Source: an uncultured delta proteobacterium (GTDB taxonomy: Bacteria > Desulfobacterota > Binatia > UBA9968). Taken from it: a stretch of 64,000 bases of DNA. A model generated the notes under the pieces. That model searched no databases and was not told the DNA's origin. It was given only the letters and a program-made list of their open reading frames with translations. This document shows, piece by piece, positions 32,545 through 41,894 of this stretch; the stretch's first letter is position 1, and every line of letters starts with the position of its first letter. The DNA lies in the NCBI GenBank assembly GCA_963745035.1, contig CAVUVW010000013.1, positions 288,001 to 352,000 on the forward strand. The letters run 5' to 3'. Both the position numbers and the translations under genes were made by a program.

Positions 32545-32557
32545 GGGCGCAATTCGC

Positions 32558-34039
32558 TTAGATCGCAACCGCGTCTTCGGTGGCGCCCTTCTCGTATTTG
32601 GCGGCGTTGTTCTTGAAGGAGAGAAATTTCATCTTGACGTAAGGCGAGCTATAGCCGTTCAAGATCCGCTCGACCCTGCCCGGCTTGCCGTAAAAAGACT
32701 GAAAAGCCCAGCCGGTGAGCTCGCCCAACTGCTGGCGGGTCAAGTGCTTGGTCGGCATGACGCAATGCTCGAGGTCGTAGAGGCTCAAGTTATCGATCTC
32801 GATCAAATTCTCCTTCACCGCTTTCTTGTAGATCGGCGAGCCCGGAATCGGATTGAGCACCTGGATCATGACGATGTCGGGATCGATCTCGTCGACGGCT
32901 TTGGCGCGCTGGCGAATCTTGGCCTCGTCATCGTCCCAAAATCCGTTCAAGTAAGTCGAGATCGTCGAGATATCGTTCTTGCGCAGGAAATGAATCAATT
33001 CTTTTAACTCCTGGACGCCGACTTTCATCGGCCCCTTGCGCGCCTCGGCGATTTCCTCGTCGGTGCCGCCGTCGATGCCGATCAAAACCTGATATAAGCC
33101 GACTTTTCTAAGCCGCGGCACGAGGTCGGCGTCGCGGATAAAATTCTGCGCCCGGCTTAGGCAAAACCAGCTCATGTCGAGCTTTTTCTCTTCGAGGGCT
33201 TCGACCAGGTCGACCATCTTTTGCCGGTCCGAGTTGAAGTCATCGTCCATGAAGGTCAGCGCCTTGACGCCATATTTCTTGTTGAGCAGCTCCATCTCGT
33301 CGGCCACCGCCCGGCCGCCGCGCGTGCGATGGGAGCTGAAATCGCGCGGGTTGCGCTGATCGACCAGCCACCACTCGTAGCAAAAATGACACGCTCCTTC
33401 GCATCCCCGCGAGGTCACGGCCTCGTTATAGTTGGGAATGACGGAGTATCCATAATACTTGTCCATCGGAAAAAGGTCGTAGGCGGGCATCGGTAGCGCG
33501 TCGAGGTCGTCGATCACCGGCCGCGGCGGATTGAGAACGATTTCGCCGTTCCTTCGCCAGGTAAGCCCGCGGATATCGCTTAGTTTGGGCGCCGGCTTTT
33601 TAAGCTCCTCGAGCAACTCCCACAGCGGATACTCGTTGTCGCCGAAGACGCCGACGATCGCGAAATCGAGCTGCGGATTTTCCGCCATAATTTTCTGCGG
33701 CACGGCGGTATACATCAAGCCGCCGCCAACCGTTAAGATATCCGGAAAGCGGTCCTTGATACGTTTCATAGCCGAGTGAAAACGGTTGAGCTGGGCCGCG
33801 CCGCCGGCAGCGGCGATCATGGCCCCGAAAAAAACCATGTCGGGGCGGCGCCGCGCGATTTCATCGAGCATCTGCTCGTCATCAAGGCCCAGCGCGCGGC
33901 AATCGAGCACCGCAATCTCCGCCGCCTGCTTTTCCCGGATAAATGCGGCGACTTGAGAATGGAGCGAATTGACCGCCAAGTGGCGGTCGCCCCACGGCGC
34001 CCAGTTGCCCATCGGCGGGGTGATAAATAGAAGTTTCAT
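32558..34039 (-). CDS. cobalamin-binding radical SAM protein (class B / BchE-like architecture)
   Basis: N-terminal B12-binding Rossmann domain (VLDCRA, VGGGL), DLDALPMPAYDL, SRGCEGACHFC (CxxxCxxC), DDDF and NPIPGSPIY. AGGAG RBS. Confidence 0.92.
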   Translation of the reverse strand: MKLLFITPPMGNWAPWGDRHLAVNSLHSQVAAFIREKQAAEIAVLDCRALGLDDEQMLDEIARRRPDMVFFGAMIAAAGGAAQLNRFHSAMKRIKDRFPDILTVGGGLMYTAVPQKIMAENPQLDFAIVGVFGDNEYPLWELLEELKKPAPKLSDIRGLTWRRNGEIVLNPPRPVIDDLDALPMPAYDLFPMDKYYGYSVIPNYNEAVTSRGCEGACHFCYEWWLVDQRNPRDFSSHRTRGGRAVADEMELLNKKYGVKALTFMDDDFNSDRQKMVDLVEALEEKKLDMSWFCLSRAQNFIRDADLVPRLRKVGLYQVLIGIDGGTDEEIAEARKGPMKVGVQELKELIHFLRKNDISTISTYLNGFWDDDEAKIRQRAKAVDEIDPDIVMIQVLNPIPGSPIYKKAVKENLIEIDNLSLYDLEHCVMPTKHLTRQQLGELTGWAFQSFYGKPGRVERILNGYSSPYVKMKFLSFKNNAAKYEKGATEDAVAI

Positions 34040-34075
34040 GATGACTCCTGCAAAAGGCGGGAATTCGTCCAATTA

Positions 34076-34104
34076 AAAATATTTAAGACTTTAACGATTG
34101 TCAA
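34076..34104 (-). promoter_or_regulatory. sigma70-type promoter for the radical SAM operon
   Basis: Minus strand TTGACA (34104-34099), 17-bp spacer, TATTTT (34081-34076), in an AT-rich patch. Confidence 0.55.
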
Positions 34105-34271
34105 GGTTTTCCAGAATAACGCAAGCGTTATAACGCGAGCGTTGCAGCAGACGCGGCGATTGGACGGCACGACCGTCCATCACTGTTGACAAGGTTCCAC
34201 CCTTTTGGTACTGGTTCGCTGGCTGGATAATTTTACGGGTCTTTAACAGTTTCCATAGGGAGGGTCTTTAC

Positions 34272-35117
34272 ATGGCTCAATCCGCGCAACAAGAGGAACG
34301 ACTATTAGACGTACGCGTCGCCGAAGCGTCGGCCGCTTACAAATTTTATCTCAATCAGGAGGCAAAGATCCTCGGCACCATTTCGGTGACCCTCTTTCTC
34401 ACGATTTGGGAGCTGGTCGGAAACACCTTCCAGCTCATCAATCCGATGTTCATGAGCGCGCCCTCGCTGATCGCTAAGGCCGCCTATCAGCTCTTCGCAT
34501 CCGGGGAAATTTGGAATGACCTCTATGTGAGCGGCATCGAGTTTTTCTGGGGCTATTTCCTCTCGATTATTTTCGCTATCCCGTTCGGCATCGCCATCGG
34601 CTGGTACAAAAGATTCGCCTACGTGTGCGATCCGTTCGTGAACGCGATGAACGCCACCCCGCGCGTCGCGCTGCTGCCGCTGGTCATCATTTGGCTCGGC
34701 ATCGGCATACTCTCGAAAGTCGGCATCATTTTCCTCGGCGCGGTCTTTCCGCTGTTGATCAACACCCGCGACGGCGTCAAGACCACACCGGCCAACCTGC
34801 TCACAGCGGCGCGCAGCTTCGGCGCCTCGGAATGGCAGATTTTCAGATCCGTCGTCCTGCCTTCGACCGTCCCGTTTATCTTGACCGGCCTGCGCTTGGC
34901 GGTCGGCCGCGCTCTGATCGGCGTCATGGTAGGCGAGCTCTATGCCGCCACCGCCGGTATCGGCTTCATGATCACCGTTGCCGGCGCGACCTTTCAGACC
35001 GACAAGGTCTTTGTCGGCGTCTTGGTTTTCGCCATCACCGGCATGATCATGACCGACATCATCGACCGTTACGAGCGCCGCTTCGACAAGTGGCGTCCGA
35101 AGGTCGGCGCGGAATAG
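34272..35117 (+). CDS. NitT/TauT family ABC transporter permease (stand-alone)
   Basis: SAPS, NATPRVALLPL, EAA-like AARSFGAS and VGELYAATAGIG. GGAGG RBS. TTGACA at 34186. Confidence 0.92.
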   Translation: MAQSAQQEERLLDVRVAEASAAYKFYLNQEAKILGTISVTLFLTIWELVGNTFQLINPMFMSAPSLIAKAAYQLFASGEIWNDLYVSGIEFFWGYFLSIIFAIPFGIAIGWYKRFAYVCDPFVNAMNATPRVALLPLVIIWLGIGILSKVGIIFLGAVFPLLINTRDGVKTTPANLLTAARSFGASEWQIFRSVVLPSTVPFILTGLRLAVGRALIGVMVGELYAATAGIGFMITVAGATFQTDKVFVGVLVFAITGMIMTDIIDRYERRFDKWRPKVGAE

Positions 35118-35141
35118 ACCGCGCGGCGGAATCAGTCCGAA

Positions 35142-35180
35142 AAAAATGGCGCCAGCTGCAACCTGGCGCCATTTTTATTT
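35142..35180. terminator. intrinsic, possibly bidirectional, terminator
   Basis: AAAAATGGCGCCAG-ctgcaac-CTGGCGCCATTTTT perfect stem with A/T tails. Confidence 0.8.
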
Positions 35181-35287
35181 CCACGGAAGCATCCAAAGAC
35201 CACTCCCGCGCCATTGCCTTAAACTTTGGTTTTCTATAGCATCCGCTGCGGTTTTTGAAATCATTTGAAGCGAGAAAGGGTCCTTTC

Positions 35288-38005
35288 ATGCGCGGCTTCG
35301 GCGGAATTGTATTATTCGCAATTGTTGCTCTCCTGCTGTTCTTTCGCCAAGCGATCGATCTCTATACCGACTGGCTGTGGTTCCTTGAAGTCGGCTACAC
35401 CGAGGTGTTCGCCAAGATATTGCTCGGCAAAGCCGTATTGGGACTTGCCTGCGGCGGCCTGCTAGGGCTGCTGATCTACATCAACCTCAAAGCCGCCGCG
35501 AAGCCGCCGCTCGGCTTTCGCTTCGGCGCTCGGGACAATGTGATCGAGCTTCCGCCGGTGGAGCTCTTCGACCCGATGTTCCGGCGCTTGCTTGTGCCGG
35601 CCGCGTTGCTGGTGGCGTTCATGGCGCTGCCGCAGGCCCTGACCAAATGGCAGCTTTTTTTACTTTTTTTCAATCCGACGCCGTTCCGTTTGGCCGACCC
35701 GCAGTTTGGCTTGGATCTCGGCTTCTACGTTTTCCGCCTTCCCGCTTGGCTCGCCGTTTATCATTGGGCGATGTTTGCTTTGGGACTGAGCTTCGTCGCC
35801 ACCGCGGCAGTCTATCTTCTTTATCGTGGCATTGAATATACGCCCCGCGGTCTCTTTCTGACAGAGCGCGCCAGACGCCATCTCCTCATCCTGCTTGCCG
35901 CGTTGCTCATGGTGAAGGCAGGCGGATATTTTCTCGATCGCTTCGAATTACTCTACGCTTCGCGCGCGGCCGCCTTCGGCGCCGGCTACGCCGATATTTA
36001 CGCGCGCCTGCCGGCGCTGCAGATTCTGACCGTCGGCGCGCTCGCCGTCGCCGCTTTGTGCGTCGCGCAGATCTATCGCGAAGGTTACCGCGCCGTGGTG
36101 GTGGGCATCGCTGCGCTGGTCGCGGTTCATGTCCTCGGGATTAATGTGTATCCTTCGCTGCTGCAGCGCTTCCGCGTGGCACCCAACGAAGCCGCCGCTG
36201 AGCGGCCGTTCATCGAGCGCAGCATCAAATCGACCCGCCTCGCCTTCGGCCTGGACAAGCTCGAGAGCAAGGAGTTTCCCGCCGAAGAAAACCTTACGGC
36301 GCAGGACTTGAAGCGCCATGAGTCGACCATCGATAACATTCGTCTGTGGGACCACCGGCCGCTGCTTTCGACTTACGCGCAATTGCAGGAGATCCGCCCC
36401 TATTACAAATTCGTCGACGTCGACAACGACCGCTACGTGATCGACGGCACCTACCGTCAGATTATGCTCTCGGCGCGCGAGCTTTCGCACCAGCACCTGC
36501 AAAGCCGCAATTGGATCAACGAACATCTCACCTTCACCCACGGGCACGGCGTGGTTTTCGGTCCCGTCAACCAAGTCACTCCGGTCGGTCTGCCCGAGTT
36601 TTTCATCAAGGACATTCCTCCGGTGGCGACCGCCGGATTGAAAATCACCAGACCCGAAATTTACTACGGCGAGCTCGCCAACGAATATGTCCTGGTGCAA
36701 ACCAGCGCGCAGGAGCTTGACTACCCCGCCGGCGACCAGAACGTTTACGTTAAGTATCAGGGACGCGGCGGAGTGACGATCGGCAGTTTATGGCGCCGGC
36801 TGATCTTCTCCGCGCACTACGCGACCTTTCGGATCTTGCTGTCCCAGGATCTGCGCTCCGAGAGCCGCATCCTGTATCATCGCAGAATTCACGATCGCGT
36901 GAAGAAGATCACGCCGTTTATCACCTTTGATCGCGACGCCTATCTCGTCATCGGCCAGGAGGGGAGACTTTTTTGGATCCTCGACGGCTACACGACATCC
37001 GAGCGATTCCCCTACTCGGAGCCGCTCCAGCGCCAAGGGCCGAACTATATCCGTAATCCGGTGAAAGTCGTTGTCGACGCGTACCACGGCGCGGTGGATT
37101 ATTATTTGAGCGATCCTGCCGATCCGATCATGCAGTCCTACGCCAAGATCTTTCCCGGACTGGTGAAGCCGCTCGAGCAGATGCCGGCCGAGCTGCGCTC
37201 CCATATCCGCTATCCCCAGGACATGTTTTCCATACAGGCCCACATCTACGCGACCTATCACGTGCAGGATCCCCAGGTATTTTTCAACAAAGAGGATATC
37301 CTCAGCATCCCGCGTCAGCGGCAAGACGGCCGCGAGGGCGACATGGAGCCGTACTACACGATCATGCGGCTTCCCGGCGAAAACAAAGAGGAGTTTGTCT
37401 TGCTGCTGCCGTTTACCCCCAATCGGCGCGACAACATGCGCGCCTGGCTCGCGGCGCGCAGCGACGGCGCGCATTATGGCAAGCTCACGGCGCTCGAATT
37501 TCCCAAGGCAAAGCTCGTCTATGGTCCCAAGCAGATCGACGCGCGCATCGATCAAGACACCGTGATTTCCCAGCAAATCACCCTGTGGAGCCAAGCCGGG
37601 TCACAGGTGATCCGCGGCAGTCTGCTGGCGATACCGATCGAAAAATCCCTTCTTTACGTGCAACCGCTCTACCTGGCCGCCTCCCAGGGCTCGTTGCCCG
37701 AGCTCAAGCGGGTCATCGTCGCCTTCGGCAATCAGATCGCCATGGAAGAGACTTTCGAGCAGTCTCTGCAACGAGTTTTCGGCTCCAAGCCCGGGCAGCA
37801 AACCGCGCCCGCCGCGCAGCCGGTCGTCGCGCAAGGAGGTCCCGCCACAGTGCAAGGCGGTTTCGAAAAAAAGAATCTCGCCGCCCAAGCTTTGGACCAT
37901 TTTCGCCGTTCCCAAGAGTTTCTCAAACAGGGAAACTGGAGCGGCTACGGCGAAGAGCTGAAAAGAGTCGAAGCGCTTTTGAAAGAGATGCAAAACGCGC
38001 CGTAA
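35288..38005 (+). CDS. UPF0182 family membrane protein
   Basis: TDWLWF..VGY, DPQFGLDLGFYVFRLP, NIRLWD, WINEHLTFTHG, RPEIYYGE, NYIRNPVK.VVDAY.G and LPELKRVIV. Confidence 0.93.
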   Translation: MRGFGGIVLFAIVALLLFFRQAIDLYTDWLWFLEVGYTEVFAKILLGKAVLGLACGGLLGLLIYINLKAAAKPPLGFRFGARDNVIELPPVELFDPMFRRLLVPAALLVAFMALPQALTKWQLFLLFFNPTPFRLADPQFGLDLGFYVFRLPAWLAVYHWAMFALGLSFVATAAVYLLYRGIEYTPRGLFLTERARRHLLILLAALLMVKAGGYFLDRFELLYASRAAAFGAGYADIYARLPALQILTVGALAVAALCVAQIYREGYRAVVVGIAALVAVHVLGINVYPSLLQRFRVAPNEAAAERPFIERSIKSTRLAFGLDKLESKEFPAEENLTAQDLKRHESTIDNIRLWDHRPLLSTYAQLQEIRPYYKFVDVDNDRYVIDGTYRQIMLSARELSHQHLQSRNWINEHLTFTHGHGVVFGPVNQVTPVGLPEFFIKDIPPVATAGLKITRPEIYYGELANEYVLVQTSAQELDYPAGDQNVYVKYQGRGGVTIGSLWRRLIFSAHYATFRILLSQDLRSESRILYHRRIHDRVKKITPFITFDRDAYLVIGQEGRLFWILDGYTTSERFPYSEPLQRQGPNYIRNPVKVVVDAYHGAVDYYLSDPADPIMQSYAKIFPGLVKPLEQMPAELRSHIRYPQDMFSIQAHIYATYHVQDPQVFFNKEDILSIPRQRQDGREGDMEPYYTIMRLPGENKEEFVLLLPFTPNRRDNMRAWLAARSDGAHYGKLTALEFPKAKLVYGPKQIDARIDQDTVISQQITLWSQAGSQVIRGSLLAIPIEKSLLYVQPLYLAASQGSLPELKRVIVAFGNQIAMEETFEQSLQRVFGSKPGQQTAPAAQPVVAQGGPATVQGGFEKKNLAAQALDHFRRSQEFLKQGNWSGYGEELKRVEALLKEMQNAP

Positions 38006-38065
38006 GAGATCGATTCGCTGCCGCGTGGGTTCGTGTTTCTGTCATTTGTCGCCGGAAAAACTTCG

Positions 38066-38804
38066 ATGACCAATCAGCGTCGCCAGCTAGCTATTCGCGG
38101 GATCATCTTTGCTGTTTTGGTGGTGCTGCTGTTTTTTTTCAGTCGCTACATTCCGCGACCGTTAACCGTTTTTGTGCCGGAACAAGACTTTGATGATTTT
38201 GACGGGATCTACCAGAGCAAAGACAAGCTAAGCGAATTCTTGCAGCATCTCGGGCCGTATTCACCCGCGGTCTTTGTCCTGTTACAGGTATTGCAGGTAA
38301 TTGCGGCGCCCTTTCCCGGTGAGCTCACTGGGGTCGCTGGCGGTTTCGTTTATGGCGAGACCTTCGGTTTCGTGCTCTCGACCGTCGGTCTTTCCCTAGG
38401 GTCGTGGGTCGCTTTCGAACTCGCCAGTATTCTCGGCCGGCCCTTTGTCGAGCGTTTTGTCCGCGCCGAGGTTTTACAAAAATTTAATTTTCTGACTACT
38501 CGCACGGGCACGTTGATTTGTTTCGTGCTATTTCTCTTTCCCGGCTTCCCCAAAGACTATTTATGTTACGTCCTCGGGCTCAGTCGGATGAAGCTTGAGT
38601 ACCTTTTTGGTTGTTTCGATCATTGGACGGCTGCCGGGCACTTACCTTCTCACCATGCAGGGCGCAACGATTCGCAATGAGGAGTATCACACCTTTGTGT
38701 TCATTGCGGTCCTCTCGCTTGGTGTCGTGGCGATTGCGTATTTTTATCGCAATCAGATCTTCGAGTGGATCCGGCGCCGCCACGACGATAAAGATGACGG
38801 ATAG
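38066..38804 (+). CDS. TVP38/TMEM64 (DedA/VTT superfamily) membrane protein (frameshift near 38600)
   Basis: LQVIAAPFPGE, GGFVYG, LFPGFPKDYLCY.LGLS and IGRLPG. Confidence 0.88.
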
Positions 38805-38842
38805 GACGGCAGCCGACGCTACCGATTGTGCTCGATTCGTTC

Positions 38843-39667
38843 CTACAACTGAAGTCCGCGAGTGAGATAGTAGAAGATCGGTGCGACGATGATCCGATAC
38901 CAGGCAAACGGCGTCAGCCTGCCGCGCTGAAGGAATCGGACAAATCCTTTGACCGCGACCAGCGCGACTAAAAACGAGACCAGAAATCCGACGCCGAGCC
39001 CGATGGCGTCTGCCGCGGCCAATTGATCACGCATTTTCAAAAGCTCGTAACCGCTCGCCACAAACAAAACCGGGACTGCGATCAGAAAAGAAAATTCCGC
39101 CGCGCTTTTGCGATCCAAGCCGACCAGCATGCCGCCGATAATGGTGGCGGCGGCTCTCGACGTGCCCGGCCAAAGCGCGAGAACCTGGAAGAGCCCGATC
39201 CCCAAGGCCTGCGCGGACGTGAGCCGGTCCGCGTCATTGGAAATTTTCCGCGATTTGAATCGCTCCACGAGCAGAATCGCCACTCCTCCCACGCCCAGCG
39301 CCCAAGTTACCGTCGCGGGATTGAAAAGCTGCTCTTTGATCATGTGCTGCGTGAAATAGCCCACGACCAGCGTGGGACAGGTAGCGAGAGCAAGACGCCA
39401 AAGTCCGGCCCAGCCGTCGAGCGCCGATCGCGCTTTGGTCAAAGATCGTTGCCGCGTCGGCAGCAGGCGCACAAATCTCCGCCAGTACAAGCAAACCACA
39501 GCGAGGATCGCGCCCAGTTGAATCACCACCTCGAAGCTGGCGGCGGTTTCGCCGACGAAGCCCAGCAAGTGACCGGCGATAATCAGATGTCCGGTGGACG
39601 AAACCGGCAGAAACTCGGTCACCCCTTCAACGATTCCGAGAATTATGGCGGTCGTCAAATCGTCCAT
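38843..39667 (-). CDS. uppP: undecaprenyl-diphosphate phosphatase
   Basis: GIVEGVTEFLPVSSTGHL, IQLGAILAV, PGTSR and AAEFSFL. Confidence 0.96.
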   Translation of the reverse strand: MDDLTTAIILGIVEGVTEFLPVSSTGHLIIAGHLLGFVGETAASFEVVIQLGAILAVVCLYWRRFVRLLPTRQRSLTKARSALDGWAGLWRLALATCPTLVVGYFTQHMIKEQLFNPATVTWALGVGGVAILLVERFKSRKISNDADRLTSAQALGIGLFQVLALWPGTSRAAATIIGGMLVGLDRKSAAEFSFLIAVPVLFVASGYELLKMRDQLAAADAIGLGVGFLVSFLVALVAVKGFVRFLQRGRLTPFAWYRIIVAPIFYYLTRGLQL

Positions 39668-39728
39668 GATGCCCTTGAATAGATCGCCTTGGCGCGATGC
39701 GCGTCAGCGCTAGAAAAAATCCGCGCGC

Positions 39729-41492
39729 TCACGGCTTGGTTACCAGAAGATATTCGTCGACCGCGCCCAGGCGCAGCGGCAACTCGCCGACGTTGCCGGC
39801 CATGCGCTGTAGGTTTTTCTCTTTTACGATGATCAGCAAGGAGTGCTTGGCGGTTAGCCAATGCTTTTGGAATTCCTGGAAGCTCAATATCGTCCCCGAC
39901 GCAGCGGTCGGCGACTCCTCGGGATTGCCCAAGGCGTGGAAATTGCCCAAAAAAGTTCTTTTTTTGTTTTCGTGGGTGACCAGCATAAGCGGCCGCTCTC
40001 CGCGCAAATAAAAAAGCGCGCCGGCAAAGTAGGTGTCGTAGAACACTAGTTGAGTGGACGGCGTGAGCTTCGGCTTGATTGCCGCGATAATCGTCTCAGC
40101 GGAGCGGTTCGGCGAGATCAAGACAATCATCTGCACGACCAGCGCAAGGAAAACGCCCATGCCCGTCGCTTGGAGCGCATAGAGCCGGCCCTGGCTTGGG
40201 AGCGGATCGAAGCCGCTGCGTTTGACCGTATACACCAGCATCACGGCGGAAACGGCGGCAAGGAGCCACACCGAAAATCCCATCGCGCTCACGGCGGAAC
40301 GAATCTGGCGCGGTAAAACGGCCGGAAAAAACCACCCGGCGACAAAAAACAGCGCGACCGGCAATAGGATCCACCAGGTAAGCGATAGCGCAAAGCACCA
40401 TTGCGTCGGCGCGTCCTGGTACAGACGCGCCAAAGCCGCAGCCGTGAGCAGCGCCAGCGCCGGAAAAATCGGCAGAAGGTAGTGCGGCAACTTGGACTTG
40501 GAAAGGGAAAAAAGCAGCAAGGGTAGGACGATCCAGAGGACAAGATAGAGGATCTTGTCATCGAGTCTTTTGGCGACGAAGGCCTTCCACGCCATTTTCG
40601 CCGCCAGCGGCAGCAGCAAAGTCCACGGCAAAAAACCGACAAAGCCGACGGCGATAAAATAATACCAGGGCTCGCCTCGATCAAAATCGTCAGTGGCGAA
40701 GCGGCCGAAGTGTTCTTCCCAAAGATAGTAATGGAGATAACCGGGGTTTCGCGCTTCGGCCGGCAAATACCAACCCAAGACGATGGCGAGAAACAGCAGG
40801 GTGCCGGGGACCAGCGCCATTCGTTTGAGCGTCGCCCACTGCTTGCTCAACAGCAAATAAAAAAGGATCACCATTCCCGGCACCGCCACACCGATCAGCC
40901 CCTTGATCAAGGTGGCGGCTCCCAGCGCCACATACATCGCCGCGCACCAGAGCCGGCGGCGCGGCGGATCGCCGCTGTGACCGGCTTCGAAAAAGGCGCA
41001 CAAAGCCAGCGTGAGAAAAAACGTCAGGGTCATGTCAAGAATGACGATCCGGGCCAGAACGAAAAATTCGACGCTGGTGAGGAGAATCAGCGTGCTCCAC
41101 AGCGCGGTCCAACGCCCCCAAGAAACCTGCGCAAAGCGGTAGACGAGCGCCAAGGTTCCGAGAGCGGCCAGCGCCGAAGGCAGGCGAGCGGCCCACTCCG
41201 ACACTCCGAAAAATTGATAGGCAAGCGCGATCAGCCAGTAGAAAAAGATCGGCTTGTCGAGCACCGCGTGAAAATTTTCATGGGGCGTCAGCCAATCTTG
41301 CAGCACGAGGATCTCGCGCGCTTTCTCGGCGTTTCGTCCTTCGTCCGGTTCGAACAAAGCGGCCCCGCCCAAATGATAAAACAGCGCCGCGACGATGCCC
41401 GCCCAGGCGAGCCAGGCGAAGCCCCGCGCCGAAACAGAAAACGTCTTGCGATCGAGAAAGCCGGCCGTAAGTCCCGCGAAGTTGTGCGCCAC
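39729..41492 (-). CDS. ArnT/PMT-like (GT-C) membrane glycosyltransferase
   Basis: EPDEGRNAE, DKPIFFYW, EWAARLP, KGLIG, PWYY and SKSKLPHYLLP. Confidence 0.9.
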   Translation of the reverse strand: MAHNFAGLTAGFLDRKTFSVSARGFAWLAWAGIVAALFYHLGGAALFEPDEGRNAEKAREILVLQDWLTPHENFHAVLDKPIFFYWLIALAYQFFGVSEWAARLPSALAALGTLALVYRFAQVSWGRWTALWSTLILLTSVEFFVLARIVILDMTLTFFLTLALCAFFEAGHSGDPPRRRLWCAAMYVALGAATLIKGLIGVAVPGMVILFYLLLSKQWATLKRMALVPGTLLFLAIVLGWYLPAEARNPGYLHYYLWEEHFGRFATDDFDRGEPWYYFIAVGFVGFLPWTLLLPLAAKMAWKAFVAKRLDDKILYLVLWIVLPLLLFSLSKSKLPHYLLPIFPALALLTAAALARLYQDAPTQWCFALSLTWWILLPVALFFVAGWFFPAVLPRQIRSAVSAMGFSVWLLAAVSAVMLVYTVKRSGFDPLPSQGRLYALQATGMGVFLALVVQMIVLISPNRSAETIIAAIKPKLTPSTQLVFYDTYFAGALFYLRGERPLMLVTHENKKRTFLGNFHALGNPEESPTAASGTILSFQEFQKHWLTAKHSLLIIVKEKNLQRMAGNVGELPLRLGAVDEYLLVTKP

Positions 41493-41894
41493 TGCTGAGC
41501 TCGGACTAGATTCGCGATTCAGCGTACCTGAGGACCGGTGATTTGCAAGCCACTGCGGGAAACCGCGCGCATATTCTTTGACCGTCTGTGAGCGTCCGCC
41601 GGGGATTTTTCCGCATTGACTTCAACTGGGCCGTCGCGTAGCGTGAGTGAGGCTTTGCTAGAGGTGTTCCATGTTCAGCGATTCCGCCACTCCTAAAATT
41701 ATCCGCGCGCTCCCGCGGCCATTGACGGCTCTTCGTCCAAGCCACGGTCTCTCTGCGAACGGCTTAATTCACCAACCGGACACGGTATTTCTTCGTTCCG
41801 ACCCTTCTGCCGGCGCCGCCGGCCGAGGGCCGATCCAGCGATCGATTTCTATTCCTTGCAAGTGAGCGGCAGCGCGCCGGCGTGCGGGCGAGCG

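Noticed and set aside
29536-32616. Plus-strand ORFs 29536-30741, 30494-31636 and 31675-32616
   Set aside because: Antisense to well-supported genes.
32558-34039. Calling the radical SAM gene bchE and the methyltransferase bchU or bzaC
   Set aside because: They share only domain architecture. No chlorophyll or cobamide genes are in context.
28115-34270. RiPP precursor peptide or cobalamin riboswitch for the radical SAM operon
   Set aside because: No plausible short ORF with an RBS and no B12-box-like sequence seen in the flanks. The leader is too short.
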